Shown piece after piece: positions 49,646 to 59,254 of a DNA stretch of 64,000 nucleotides (its first letter is position 1; each line of letters begins with the position of its first letter). The notes under the pieces are model-generated. The model saw only the letters and a list, made by a program, of their open reading frames with translations, did no database searches and was not told where the DNA came from. Source of the stretch: Longimicrobiales bacterium (GTDB taxonomy: Bacteria > Gemmatimonadota > Gemmatimonadetes > Longimicrobiales > Gaopeijiaceae); contig CBDDCX010000008.1 in assembly GCA_965226375.1 (NCBI GenBank), forward strand, positions 2,176,001 to 2,240,000, given 5' to 3'. Both the position numbers and the translations under genes were made by a program.

Positions 49646-50169
49646 TTACTCGTGAATTCCACCGCCTGGAACTGAAAGCACTGCCGCCCAGACCCATGGG
49701 CCCATAGGTTGCGGAGTTGGCCGTGCGCAACAACCCGCTCGCCCACCCGGCTCGGCGTGACCAAGCCCAGGCGATGGCAAGGCTGGCAGCCCTCCTGAAT
49801 GAGCGTAGGGACCTGGGGTCCGCCCCCGGCGTCCTCGTCGGAATCTCGCTCAAAGTGCGCACATAACTCATAGCGGATGCTGTCCAGCGGTTGGTAGCCG
49901 TAGATCTCCGAGGTTACGGGGTCAGCGATGCTGATCCTCACGCCGGCCTCGGCAGCCAGGTCGTCAAGGGACCCCGGCAACCGGGAGTGCCGAGTCCAGT
50001 AGAGATCGGTGGCAACCGCGATGCCATGCAGGTCCGCCACCCGTCGATTGTCGAGCCGACGCGCGCGTTCCTCGCTCGGGGACCCCATGATAAAGAGTCC
50101 GGTCACGACCGCCCCGATAACCGCTGTCACCGAAGCTCCAAACAGCACCGATTCGGTGGAGAGCTTCAT
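49630..50169 (-). CDS. Hypothetical membrane-anchored protein; last codon replaced by the IS1595 insertion
   Basis: N-terminal TM, SPSEERARRLD.RRVADL, DPVT..YGY, YELCA.F; the pre-insertion frame ended FTSK-stop at 48568. Confidence 0.65.
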   Translation of the reverse strand: MKLSTESVLFGASVTAVIGAVVTGLFIMGSPSEERARRLDNRRVADLHGIAVATDLYWTRHSRLPGSLDDLAAEAGVRISIADPVTSEIYGYQPLDSIRYELCAHFERDSDEDAGGGPQVPTLIQEGCQPCHRLGLVTPSRVGERVVAHGQLRNLWAHGSGRQCFQFQAVEFTSKGVFP

Positions 50170-50807
50170 TCCGCGACCTCCCTACCGATATCCCGGAGGA
50201 AGTAGCCGAACACCGTGCCGGTGATTGACCCGACCGTGAGAACCTTCAAAACGAAACGGGTCGTCATCTCTCCGCCGAGTAGGTTGTAGACGATGCTCGT
50301 AGCGACGCCGATCAAGATGCCTGCCCCCACGAAGAGGGTCAGGTAGGTCAGCCACCGCCGCACCTTGGAGAGCCGTCGGCTCGGATCGAGCCGGACCGCC
50401 CGATCGTTGGTCCACGAGATGAAGGCGAAGACCGGAAACGCCACGACCAGGAATGAGATCGACCAGCGCATCGTCTCTCGACTCCTCGCCAAAGCCCACA
50501 ACGGATCGACGGCGGGGTCCGGGAACGCCCGGTGGATGAATTCGAACAGAAGGCTGCCCAGGCTGAACGCGCTCACGTAGAGCGTGCTGAACAGCACGAG
50601 GTACACGAAGGCCTCGCGGGCAGACAGATACGGCTTCGGCCGGGGGACGGGGATCGGAAAGGTCACGTCGGCGAACGCTCCCAGGGCGCCTCGCACCTGG
50701 TCGGTCGGCCACCCCGTCTCGAGGAGAACTCCCTCGAGTTGCTCACGTGGCAAGCCCCGCTCGAGACCCTCCTTCAGGAATCCGGAAAGTTCTTCGTTGA
50801 TGGCCAT
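50166..50807 (-). CDS. DUF5671-like membrane protein
   Basis: PIPVPRP..SAREAFVYLVLF, SKVRRWLTYLTLF, LGGE.T.RF.LK. Confidence 0.7.
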   Translation of the reverse strand: MAINEELSGFLKEGLERGLPREQLEGVLLETGWPTDQVRGALGAFADVTFPIPVPRPKPYLSAREAFVYLVLFSTLYVSAFSLGSLLFEFIHRAFPDPAVDPLWALARSRETMRWSISFLVVAFPVFAFISWTNDRAVRLDPSRRLSKVRRWLTYLTLFVGAGILIGVATSIVYNLLGGEMTTRFVLKVLTVGSITGTVFGYFLRDIGREVAE

Positions 50808-50873
50808 CGGTGCTCCTCCTTGGATGTCGAACTCAGTGAGACCGCGGTAGCCCCGTCCGGGCCGATCCCGGTG

Positions 50874-50914
50874 TTGACGTTGTCAATATATACCCAAGAG
50901 TTGACGCTGTCAAC
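50874..50914. promoter_or_regulatory. Two palindromic TetR-type operators in a divergent promoter
   Basis: TTGAC-GTT-GTCAA (50874-86) and GTTGAC-GCT-GTCAAC (50900-14). Confidence 0.7.
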
Positions 50915-50935
50915 ATCTTCATCCATGTTTGGCGC

Positions 50936-51544
50936 ATGACCGACCAAGCCAGCGCATACCATCACGGAGATCTCCGGGCGGCACTGCTCGCGGAAGCCGC
51001 CACCATGATCACAGAGGGAGGGGCTGCGGGGGTAACGATGCGAGAGATCGGCCGACGCCTGGGCGTGTCGCGGTCTGCACCCTATCGTCACTTTGCGGAC
51101 AAGTCTGCACTCTTGGTGGCGGTCGCCGCGGCAGGATTCAACCGTCTGAGGGGTCGCCTGGAAGCGATTGAAGCGGGCGCCCCGCGAACCAGCGTGGAGC
51201 GGCTACGTCGCCTTGGTGGGGAGTACGTGCGCTTCGCTCTCGAGAACCCCGCGCACTACCGACTGATGTACGGGAGGGAGGCGCTCACTCGCGAAGAGCT
51301 GCCCGAGTTGAAGGAGGCGGCAAACGCCTTGTTCGAAGAGTTGGTTGGCGTGTTTCGGTCTTACCAACGCAGCGGCACGGTCAAGCGGCAGGATCCTAGA
51401 GCGCAGGCCTACGTGGCTTGGAGCGCCATGCACGGGCTGGCCTCACTGATGATCGAGGGACAGATCCTGGCTACCGTCGACATTGATGCGCTTGTCCGGC
51501 AGACGACCTCGACCCTGTTGGACGGGATGCGCGTTCGCCGCTAA
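50936..51544 (+). CDS. TetR/AcrR regulator (WHG-type C-terminus)
   Basis: YHHGDLR, REIGRRLGVSRSAPYRHFADK, WSAMHG. Confidence 0.95.
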   Translation: MTDQASAYHHGDLRAALLAEAATMITEGGAAGVTMREIGRRLGVSRSAPYRHFADKSALLVAVAAAGFNRLRGRLEAIEAGAPRTSVERLRRLGGEYVRFALENPAHYRLMYGREALTREELPELKEAANALFEELVGVFRSYQRSGTVKRQDPRAQAYVAWSAMHGLASLMIEGQILATVDIDALVRQTTSTLLDGMRVRR

Positions 51545-51668
51545 CCGAACGGCGTGGCCGGGATCGGCCTCCAGTATCATCGACGCCTCATGCGTGCCCC
51601 CGCGATGCTTGCCGCAGTCTGCATCACCTCGGCACTTTGCTGGGCGTCACACCCACCCGGAGGCCCAC

Positions 51669-52853
51669 GTGTCCGACATTCCCGCCTACGAGCGCGACCC
51701 ACTCCTGACGCGACTCGACACCGAGGTCGTGGGCGCCGGCAAGCACGAGGGTCGGCCCTTCGTCGTCCTCGCCGACACGGTCCTCTACCCCGAGGGCGGG
51801 GGCCAGCCGTCCGACCGGGGGACTGTGGGCGGGATTCCCGTCCTCGACGTCCGGAATTCGCGCGGTGAGATCCGGCACGTCCTCGCCGGCCCCGCTCCGT
51901 CGGGGCGCTTGACCGTCGAGCTCGATTGGCAACGGCGATTCGACCACATGCAACAGCACACGGCGCAGCACCTGCTCACGGCTATCGCCGACCAGCTGTT
52001 CGGGTGGGCAACCGTCGCATTCCACCTGGGGGATCGGATCTCGGACATCGAGCTAGACTCCCTGGGCCCCGCCGCGGGCGAGCTGACCGAGCTGGAAGAG
52101 GCCGTCGCCGCCGAGATCCGGAGGGCCCGACCCGTGACCACGCGACGGGTGAGCCAGGAGGAGTTCGCTGGACTGCCCATCCGCACTCGGGGGCTCCCCG
52201 AAGGACATACCGGAAGCATCCGGCTGGTCGAGATCGAGGGAGTCGATCTCAACACGTGCGGTGGGACCCACTGCAGCTCCACGGCCGAACTGGAGGCCCT
52301 CAAGCTTCTGGGGACCGAGTCCACCCGAGGTGGGGTGCGCCTCTTCTATGCGGCGGGCGCGCGGCTGCGCCGGCTTCATGGGGCGCATCATGATCGCAAT
52401 GCCGAACTGCGTTCCTTGCTCGGAGCGTCCGATGACGATCTGGTGGGCAGCCTGACCGCGAGGCTCGCGCAGTTGAAGGACGCGGAGCGCGCGGTCCGGA
52501 ACACGGAGGAGGAACTCGCCGTGTCCGCCGCCGCGGCACTCGTAACCGGTCCCGACCGCGTCTTGTCGGGCCACTGGGATCAACGCGATCTAGCCTTCCT
52601 TCAGAGTGTGGCAAGGGAGGTCGGCCGCCTGGACCCCGATCGTGTCGTACTCCTGACCGGGGGCGAAGGGGAGGACGGCGCGTTCGTCATCGGCGCCGGG
52701 GAGCGGACCGGCACGGACCTTAAGGCGGTCGGCCCGCGGGTGGCAGACCTGTTCGGCGGCAGAGGCGGCGGCTCCGGCGGCATCTTCCAGGGCAAGGCCA
52801 CAAGGCTGTCTCAGCGGGGAGTTGCAGCCGATCTGCTGCGCAGCCTGGAGTAG
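51669..52853 (+). CDS. AlaX-like alanyl-tRNA editing protein with DHHA1 domain
   Basis: YPEGGGQPSD, HMQQHTAQH, CGGTHC, GGRGGG. Confidence 0.9.
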   Translation: MSDIPAYERDPLLTRLDTEVVGAGKHEGRPFVVLADTVLYPEGGGQPSDRGTVGGIPVLDVRNSRGEIRHVLAGPAPSGRLTVELDWQRRFDHMQQHTAQHLLTAIADQLFGWATVAFHLGDRISDIELDSLGPAAGELTELEEAVAAEIRRARPVTTRRVSQEEFAGLPIRTRGLPEGHTGSIRLVEIEGVDLNTCGGTHCSSTAELEALKLLGTESTRGGVRLFYAAGARLRRLHGAHHDRNAELRSLLGASDDDLVGSLTARLAQLKDAERAVRNTEEELAVSAAAALVTGPDRVLSGHWDQRDLAFLQSVAREVGRLDPDRVVLLTGGEGEDGAFVIGAGERTGTDLKAVGPRVADLFGGRGGGSGGIFQGKATRLSQRGVAADLLRSLE

Positions 52854-52918
52854 CCGGATTCATCCCCAGTACTCGATGCGGATTCGGCCATCACAGCCAA
52901 CACCGGAAGGAAAAGCGC

Positions 52919-54112
52919 ATGGCATTCGGAGTCAGTAGCGGAAAAGCACCCGAAGCGGGCAAGACGCAGAAGGAAATCGTCAAAGCGATTACCGGGGAGA
53001 CGATCGCGGCCCTGGTGATCGTGGGATGTCTATTCGGAGCCTTCGCGTGGAAAATGGGGCTGGCGCACACGCTCAAGACCACGATGGCGACCGCCCACGA
53101 TCTGATTCTGAACACCGTCTTCTTCCTGATGGGCGTCATCATCATCGCGGGTGCTTTCACCTCAGTGATCTCGGAGTTCGGCATCGTGAGTATCGCCAAC
53201 CGGATTCTGTCTCCGCTTATGAAACCGCTCTTTGGGCTACCCGGCGCGTCTTCGGTCGGCGCGGTCGCCACCTATCTCTCGGACAACCCCGCCATCATGC
53301 CCTTGAGCGCCGACAAAGCGTTCCTGAAGTACTTCAGGAGATGGCAGGTCACGACGCTGGTGAACCTGGGAACGGTCTTCGGCATGGGGCTCATCGTTAC
53401 AACCTTCATGTTGGCTCTGTCATCGGAGACCGAATCATTGGGCAGAGCGATCCTGCTGGGTAACGTGGGCGCCATTCTCGGCGGTATCGTCAGCGTCAGG
53501 CTGATGGGGTACTTCGGCAAGAAAAAGTACGGCGAAGAGGAGGGCGTGGTCTCAGAAACGGAGGAGGGCTACGACATATTGCACTATCGGGAAGTACGTC
53601 CGGGTAACGTTGCGCAGCGGGTGCTGCAGGCCATGCTGGACGGCGGCGCCCATGGTGTCAAAACCGGTTTCGACATCATGCCCGGAGTCATCATCATCAC
53701 CACCATCGTCATGATGCTCGCATACGGACCAAGCGATGGTGTGTATACCGGAGGGGCCTACGAGGGAATCGCTTTCTTTCCCTGGATCGGAGCGAAGCTG
53801 TCGTTCATCATAGAACCGTTGTTTGGATTCTCCAATCCGGAGGCCATCGCGTTTCCGGTTACCTCACTGGGTTCGGTCGGCGCCGCGATTGCCATGGTTC
53901 CGCAGTTCCTCGAGAGCGGCATCATCGATGCCAAAACAATCTGTGTTTTCACCGCCATCGGCATCTGCAACGCGGGCTTCCTGAGTACTCACGTGGGCAT
54001 GATGGACGGCATAAAGGAGCGGAGCCTTACCAACGTGGCCATCGCCACCCACTTCTTCGGCGGTCTCTGTGCCGGAGTGCTGGGACACATGCTCTTCCTC
54101 TTGCTTGGATGA
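52919..54112 (+). CDS. Multi-pass membrane protein (CD0519/CD1768-like, gate domains)
   Basis: LMKPLFGLPG, TYLSDNPAI, NLGTVFGMG, FPVTSLGSVGAA, STHVGMMD. Confidence 0.6.
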   Translation: MAFGVSSGKAPEAGKTQKEIVKAITGETIAALVIVGCLFGAFAWKMGLAHTLKTTMATAHDLILNTVFFLMGVIIIAGAFTSVISEFGIVSIANRILSPLMKPLFGLPGASSVGAVATYLSDNPAIMPLSADKAFLKYFRRWQVTTLVNLGTVFGMGLIVTTFMLALSSETESLGRAILLGNVGAILGGIVSVRLMGYFGKKKYGEEEGVVSETEEGYDILHYREVRPGNVAQRVLQAMLDGGAHGVKTGFDIMPGVIIITTIVMMLAYGPSDGVYTGGAYEGIAFFPWIGAKLSFIIEPLFGFSNPEAIAFPVTSLGSVGAAIAMVPQFLESGIIDAKTICVFTAIGICNAGFLSTHVGMMDGIKERSLTNVAIATHFFGGLCAGVLGHMLFLLLG

Positions 54113-54149
54113 ATCTCCGGTCCGAAGGGCCTGCTATTTCGCTGGTAAC

Positions 54150-54280
54150 TTAGGCAGAGTCCATCCGGTCTCCCAAGGACTCGCTACCTCGAGGGGCGGA
54201 CACCGCAAGGCGATTACGGCCCTCGCGTTTGGCGTTGTAAAGCTCGGCGTCGGCACGTCGCAGGACCTCGTTGGGAGCCT
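54150..54280 (-). pseudogene. C-terminal fragment of a GGDEF diguanylate cyclase
   Basis: EVLRRADAELYNAKREGRNR; cut at the IS481 end. Confidence 0.7.
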
Positions 54281-54410
54281 TGAGCCCGAACCCTGATGGG
54301 TAACAAAAACTGAACCTTGATGGGTTACAGTTTTGGGTTACGAGAAGAGGAGCCATCGTGGTCTAGGATGGCTCCTCTTTTTAAGGGTAGTGTCGCGATA
54401 TTTGTGTAAA

Positions 54411-55475
54411 GGGGGTATTCCCTTAAGTCCACCGACCCCAAGATATAGTGGTTACCGGGGCTCTGCGGGCCGTTTCCCACGTCCGGTGCCGAGGTAAAGG
54501 GCCGAAGCTGGCGTGGGAGCACACTGAACAGCCTGCTCAAGCAAGCGGTAGAACAACAGGCCGCGAGCCCGGGATGTGCGTCGGTTGAAGCGAAAGGTGA
54601 ACTCGTCCAGATAGTAGGGGAGGTGTTCGCGGGCGATCCCTCCTTGGAGGGTTCCGAGGACCCAGCGCTTGAGGAGAGACGCCACCCGATGTACGGCCGA
54701 CATGAGCACGTGAGCGGGATCGCCGGAGGTCGAGAGGTTCGTGACCGTGTGGCGAAAGCCCAGTTTGGCGAGTCCCTGATAGCTTGGCCATCCGTCGGTA
54801 TGCACCGTGCTTGCCGGTGCGATGCTATCCTTGACGAAGCCTCGCAGAACCGGAGCGGAGAGGTCGGGCACCCAACGCAGCCGTATTCTCCCGATCTTGC
54901 GTCCGTCGACCTCGGCGGCGATCGCGACGATGGCCTTCTTGATCGTCTCGCGGCCCCGCACTCCAGCCTCCACGCCCCCGACATAGCTCTCGTCCACTTG
55001 CACAACGCCGCTCAGCTGGTCGCGATCCGGTCGGACCATGGCCCGGCGGAGCTTGTGGAGCCAGACCCACGCTGTCTTGTAGCTTCCCAGTCCGAGCACG
55101 CGCTGGAGCCCGAGAGCATTGGCTCCGTATTTCTGGCTCGTGAGCTCCCAGGCAGCGAGAAACCACAGACGCAGGGGCGAGCGCGTGCGGTGGAACACGG
55201 TTCCCGCCAGCACCGAGGTCTGCCTTCGACAGTGTGGGCAGACGAGACGCCCCCGCGATGCTCGCCAGACCTCTCCCAACCCGCCACAGCCCACGCACAC
55301 AAACCCTTCCGGCCAGCGCAGACCCTCCACGTACTCCAGGCATGCCGCATCGTCGGGGAAGAACTCGTCCAGCTCCAGCCGCGTACGGGGATAGTCCACG
55401 CCGCCACGGAGCTGAGAAGCCGGAACCGCCATGACCACAACATGTAGTGGGCGGTGGACTTAAGGCAATACCCCC
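54411..55475 (-). mobile_element. IS1595-family element, copy 2 (1065 bp)
   Basis: Near-identical reverse complement of 48581-49645; 10-bp TSD TTTGTGTAAA at 54401-10 and 55476-85. Confidence 0.95.
54452..55438 (-). CDS. IS1595 transposase (identical protein to copy 1)
   Basis: ORF track gives the same 328-aa sequence. Confidence 0.95.
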   Translation of the reverse strand: MVMAVPASQLRGGVDYPRTRLELDEFFPDDAACLEYVEGLRWPEGFVCVGCGGLGEVWRASRGRLVCPHCRRQTSVLAGTVFHRTRSPLRLWFLAAWELTSQKYGANALGLQRVLGLGSYKTAWVWLHKLRRAMVRPDRDQLSGVVQVDESYVGGVEAGVRGRETIKKAIVAIAAEVDGRKIGRIRLRWVPDLSAPVLRGFVKDSIAPASTVHTDGWPSYQGLAKLGFRHTVTNLSTSGDPAHVLMSAVHRVASLLKRWVLGTLQGGIAREHLPYYLDEFTFRFNRRTSRARGLLFYRLLEQAVQCAPTPASALYLGTGRGKRPAEPR

Positions 55476-55619
55476 TTTGTGTAAAAGGGGGTGAGGGGTC
55501 CGGGGAGGGTGGACAGCCCGGGAAAAAGAGAGGAAGCTCCTTGTGAATGTTCATCATGACACGAACCCGGGGAGTCCGGGCCTGCGCCAGCAGGTCCGGA
55601 ACCGGAAAGGAGCTTCCTC

Positions 55620-56801
55620 ATGGAAAAGATGGTTGAAGTTGAGCGGGCCACGCAAGAAGAGTTACGGCAGGATTTGAAGTCGTTGTTTCAGGGCGCGATT
55701 CGTGTTACGCTCGAGATGGTGCTGGAGGAGGAGTTGAAAGCGATGGTCGGAGCGCGTCGTTTCGAGCGGGTCGGCAGCCGGAAGGACCACAGGAACGGCA
55801 CGTACCTCAGGCGCCTGCTCACGAGCTTGGGTCAGATCGACGTGATGGTGCCGCGCAGCCGGGAAGGCGGCTCGCCCGCCGACGTGATGGGCCGCTACCG
55901 GCGCAGGAGTGAAGAAGTGGACGAGATGATGGTGGAGGCCTACGTGAGCGGTGTGTCGCAGCGCAAGATGGGCGACGTGACTGAAGCACTGCTGGGTGAG
56001 CGCGTGGGACGCTCGACGGTAAGCCGGGTCGCGAAGCGGCTCGATGGGGCTGTAGAAGCGCTGCGGAGCGCACCCATCGAGGGGCCTCACCCCTATCTGT
56101 ATCTGGACGCGACGTTCCTCGATGCGCGCTGGGCCAGGAAGGTCGAGAACGTGAGCGCGCTCGTGGCCTACGCGGTGGATCCGGACGGTCACCGCCGGCT
56201 CCTGGCCATCACGCTAGGCCCTGAGGAGTCAGAGGACAGTTGGTCGGAGCTCCTCGAGCAGCTCCTGGAGCGAGGTCTCAGCGGCGTCGAACTGGTGATC
56301 GCCGACAAGCACGCGGGCCTGGCAGCTGCGGTGCGCCGCTTCCTGCCTGAGGTGCGCCGTCAGCGCTGCACCGTGCACCTGCAACGCAACGTGCTGGCCA
56401 AGGTCCCGCATCGCCTGCGCAAGCGTGTGGCGCGCGAGGTTGCCGCCGTCTTCCGGGCCCCCGGGCTCGCTGAGGCGAAGAAGCGCCTGGCCGAGATCAC
56501 GACGCGCTGGCAAGAGGAGCTCCCCGAGGCAATGAAGGTGCTCGAGCGGGGCTTCACGGCCGCCACCCAGTTCTACGCGTTCCCCGAGCCCCACTGGGCC
56601 AGGCTACGCACCACGAACAGCCTCGAGCGCCTGCACACCGAGATCAAGCGTCGGATCCGGAGCGCCGGCGCCTTCCCCGACCGAGCCAGTGCGCTCCGCC
56701 TCATCACCGCGGTTGCTCTGAAGACTACTGCGGTCTGGAGCGAACGCCGCTACCTCGATCTCACGCTTCTCGAACCCAAGGAGGTCGCCAAGGCAGCCTA
56801 A
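55620..56801 (+). CDS. IS256 (Mutator-like) transposase
   Basis: RNG.Y.R, VPRSR, GVSQR, YLYLDA, VIADKH.GL, QRCTVH..RN, RTTNSLERLH.EIKRR. Confidence 0.95.
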   Translation: MEKMVEVERATQEELRQDLKSLFQGAIRVTLEMVLEEELKAMVGARRFERVGSRKDHRNGTYLRRLLTSLGQIDVMVPRSREGGSPADVMGRYRRRSEEVDEMMVEAYVSGVSQRKMGDVTEALLGERVGRSTVSRVAKRLDGAVEALRSAPIEGPHPYLYLDATFLDARWARKVENVSALVAYAVDPDGHRRLLAITLGPEESEDSWSELLEQLLERGLSGVELVIADKHAGLAAAVRRFLPEVRRQRCTVHLQRNVLAKVPHRLRKRVAREVAAVFRAPGLAEAKKRLAEITTRWQEELPEAMKVLERGFTAATQFYAFPEPHWARLRTTNSLERLHTEIKRRIRSAGAFPDRASALRLITAVALKTTAVWSERRYLDLTLLEPKEVAKAA

Positions 56802-56854
56802 CCGAAGCATCGAGGAGCTTCCTCTCACTTTTACACACAACTCGGGACTTGACC

Positions 56855-57861
56855 TTTTTAAGTGCATCCAACCGAGAGAGACAGGGCCAAAGTAGACGGC
56901 CCAGACGTCGTGGTCGATCTCTTCGAGGCCGATGTAATCTCCGCCGAGCAGGTGAGAGACGTTGATCCAGCGTGAGTGCCATCGGATTCCTCCGTTCGTT
57001 GAGACTTTGCGGACTTCGAAGTGAGCAGGGTAGTCGGGTGTGGTCAGCTTCGAGGGAAAGGACCGGGTCGAAGGTTGATAAGCAGAGACAGGTGGCTTTT
57101 GAGCGAGCGCTTCGTGGGGCCGGATCTCGTTGAAGTCGGTAAGGAAGGCGTTGAAGCGTTTCTGCTGGGCGGAGCGGTTTCCGGCCGGCGGGATGGTGGC
57201 TTCGGCCTTGAGGTCTTTATGCATGCGTTCGTGACGGCCATTCTGCTGGGGTGAAGCCGGCTCGATGAGGTCGGGCAGGATACCGAGCTTGATCCACCAG
57301 ACCGAGAGACGAGAGAGTCGGCCGAGGGCGATGGAAGCGAAGGGGGTGCCGTTGTCGGTGCGGATGCGAGCGGGGAGCCCGTACTTGCGGAAAAGGCGAG
57401 TAAAGACGCGACGGGAAGCAGAGTAGGTAGTGCCCTCGAGCCCCTGGCAGGCGAGTAGATAACGACTGAAGCCATCCTGGACGGTGAGTGGGTAGCAGTA
57501 GCGACCGTCGAGGGTCTTAAACTGACCCTTGAAGTCAGCCGACCAGATGGCGTTGGGTGCGTCGAAGGGAGCTGTGGGCCTGCCGGGATGCGGACGCCTA
57601 CGACTCCTGCGCGGCTTCTTCACGAGTCCCTCACGGAGGAAGTATTTGTGGCTCAGTGGTGTGTGGATGCGCCCGGACACGATGCGGGCGATCTCCGAGG
57701 CCATCAGGTCCTTCGGATTCGTAGCGCTCGATCCACTTGTAGCCGGTCTTACGGCTGACGCCGTGGCGCAGGCAGAGCTCGGTGTGCGAGAATAGGCCAC
57801 CCGTGGCCTCGAGAATGAATCGCTTACATTCGTTCATGGGATCGGTCTCCAACCATGGCAT
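56855..57861 (-). pseudogene. IS481 transposase with internal deletion/frameshift near 57640 and 3' end displaced by IS256
   Basis: MPWLETDPM..HTH; WSADFKG, RTDNGTPF, QNGRHERMH; continues LKRGAILDHDGSSSRNPKL* at 54385-54325. Confidence 0.9.
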
Positions 57862-57949
57862 AGCACCTCCTTGTGGAGGGCCATGTTAGGATCTGAGACG
57901 GTCACCCATCATGGTTCAGTAAACTGTTACCTATCATGGGTCAGCGTAC

Positions 57950-59252
57950 CAGTCCCCGAACTAACAGGAGGTTGGCCGCATTGAGTGCGGCGATAGCCAG
58001 CAGGGGCGAAGCGGCGCCCAGGAAGATGGTGAGGGCTCGCCCCGCAGTACCTACGGTCTCGTCGTGGAGCGAGTTGACCCCATATCCGAAGTGGTCCTTC
58101 CCGTTGGGATAGACGTTCCCCTCCGGGAACTCCCGGGCAAGCTCCCTGCCGATCTCCTCGACCTCGGTGCGAGCGGACTCGACCGAGGATCCGTCGGACA
58201 GGCGTCCCACCAGCGTGAGCGAACGAGTGCCTCGGAGCTCGTACCGGGAATGCTCCAACTCCAGCGGTATCCAGAGTTCGATCTCGCCTGAGCCATGTGC
58301 GACACCGCTCAGCGGTTCGGGGGGCTTGTAACCCCCACCGAGAACTCCGACCACCGTGCGAGCCTGAGTCGAGCCCTCTGGGATCGACTTGCCCAGGATG
58401 TCCGGGTCCGAACCGTAGCGGGACCACCGTGCGAGCCTGAGTCGACTGGGATCGACTTGCCCAGGATGTCCGGGTCCGAACCGTAGCGGGAAGTCCACGA
58501 GGCGTGGCTGAGCAGCACCCGAGAGCCCCCAGCGTACTCGTCAGGCAGAAATAGCCGACCCAGCTCGAGAGGGGCGCCCAGGATGGCGAAATAGTCCTCG
58601 GTCACGCCGCCCATCCCGATGATCTCAGGTCCTCGGCCCTCGTCCGAAAGGAGGGCGCTCAGCTTGTGGAAGCCCCCAGGCCGTCGAAGGAGCGGGCCCT
58701 CTCACGCAGGTCCCTGAAGTTGGGAAGGCTCACACCGGCCAGGTGTTGGAGCTGGGGCACATCCTCACTCCACTCGCGCCCAGGGAAGGTGACCCCGACA
58801 GCGACGATCTGGTCGGGATCTTGGTATGCGAGAGGCCGAAGCATGACCGAGTCCACGACGGTGACGATCGCCGTCGTGACTCCGATTCCGAGGGCAAGAG
58901 TGGCCACGGTCAGCACCGTGAACCCGGGTCGCCTTCTCAAACCGCGCATCCCCTGCCGTACATTCGTCACCCAGTCACCCATGCCGCTTCCTCCCTTTCC
59001 CCTCCACGTCCGCATCGGGTCATAGGACCCGTCTCGCTCATTTCTCGCGCGCAGTCTGAGAGCGCCCGGCATCCACCAACGCAGCAGGGATACAAGAACG
59101 TCCTCGAGGTAGGCGATTTCCGCCGCCGTCCGAGAGGCGTCGCCCTCGAGGCGAGCACGGTAATCCTCGATCAGATCTCCCCTCACGAACTCGGCACCCG
59201 TGCCGCGGATCAGCGCAGCGATGGGTCGTGCCAACGGAAGGGCCGTTCTCAC
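57950..59252 (-). pseudogene. ADOP-type ABC permease, frameshifted and truncated by IS481
   Basis: FVRGDL.EDY, LRRRPGFT, LALGIG.TTAI, LNAANLLLVRG; frameshifts at ~58675 and 58349-58489. Confidence 0.85.
58349..58489 (+). repeat. Tandem duplication (73 bp plus a 68-bp copy lacking GCCCT)
   Basis: GACCACCGTGCGAGCCTGAGTCGA...CCGAACCGTAGCGG twice. Confidence 0.9.
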
Positions 59253-59254
59253 AG

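Larger units (their letters stand above)
54386..56854 (+). mobile_element. IS256-family element
   Basis: IRs GGTAGTGTCGCGATATTTGTGTAAAAG / CTTTTACACACAACTCGGGACTTGACC; 8-bp TSD TTTTTAAG at 54378-85 and 56855-62. Confidence 0.9.
54281..57949 (-). mobile_element. IS481-family element, inactivated, hosting IS256 and IS1595
   Basis: End motifs TGATGGGTAACA repeated at 54294-54329 and inverted at 57901-57936; transposase 57861-56855 plus 54377-54325; no TSD. Confidence 0.85.

Noticed and set aside
48581..55475. Composite transposon bounded by the two IS1595 copies
   Set aside because: Each copy has its own distinct TSD, so these are independent insertions
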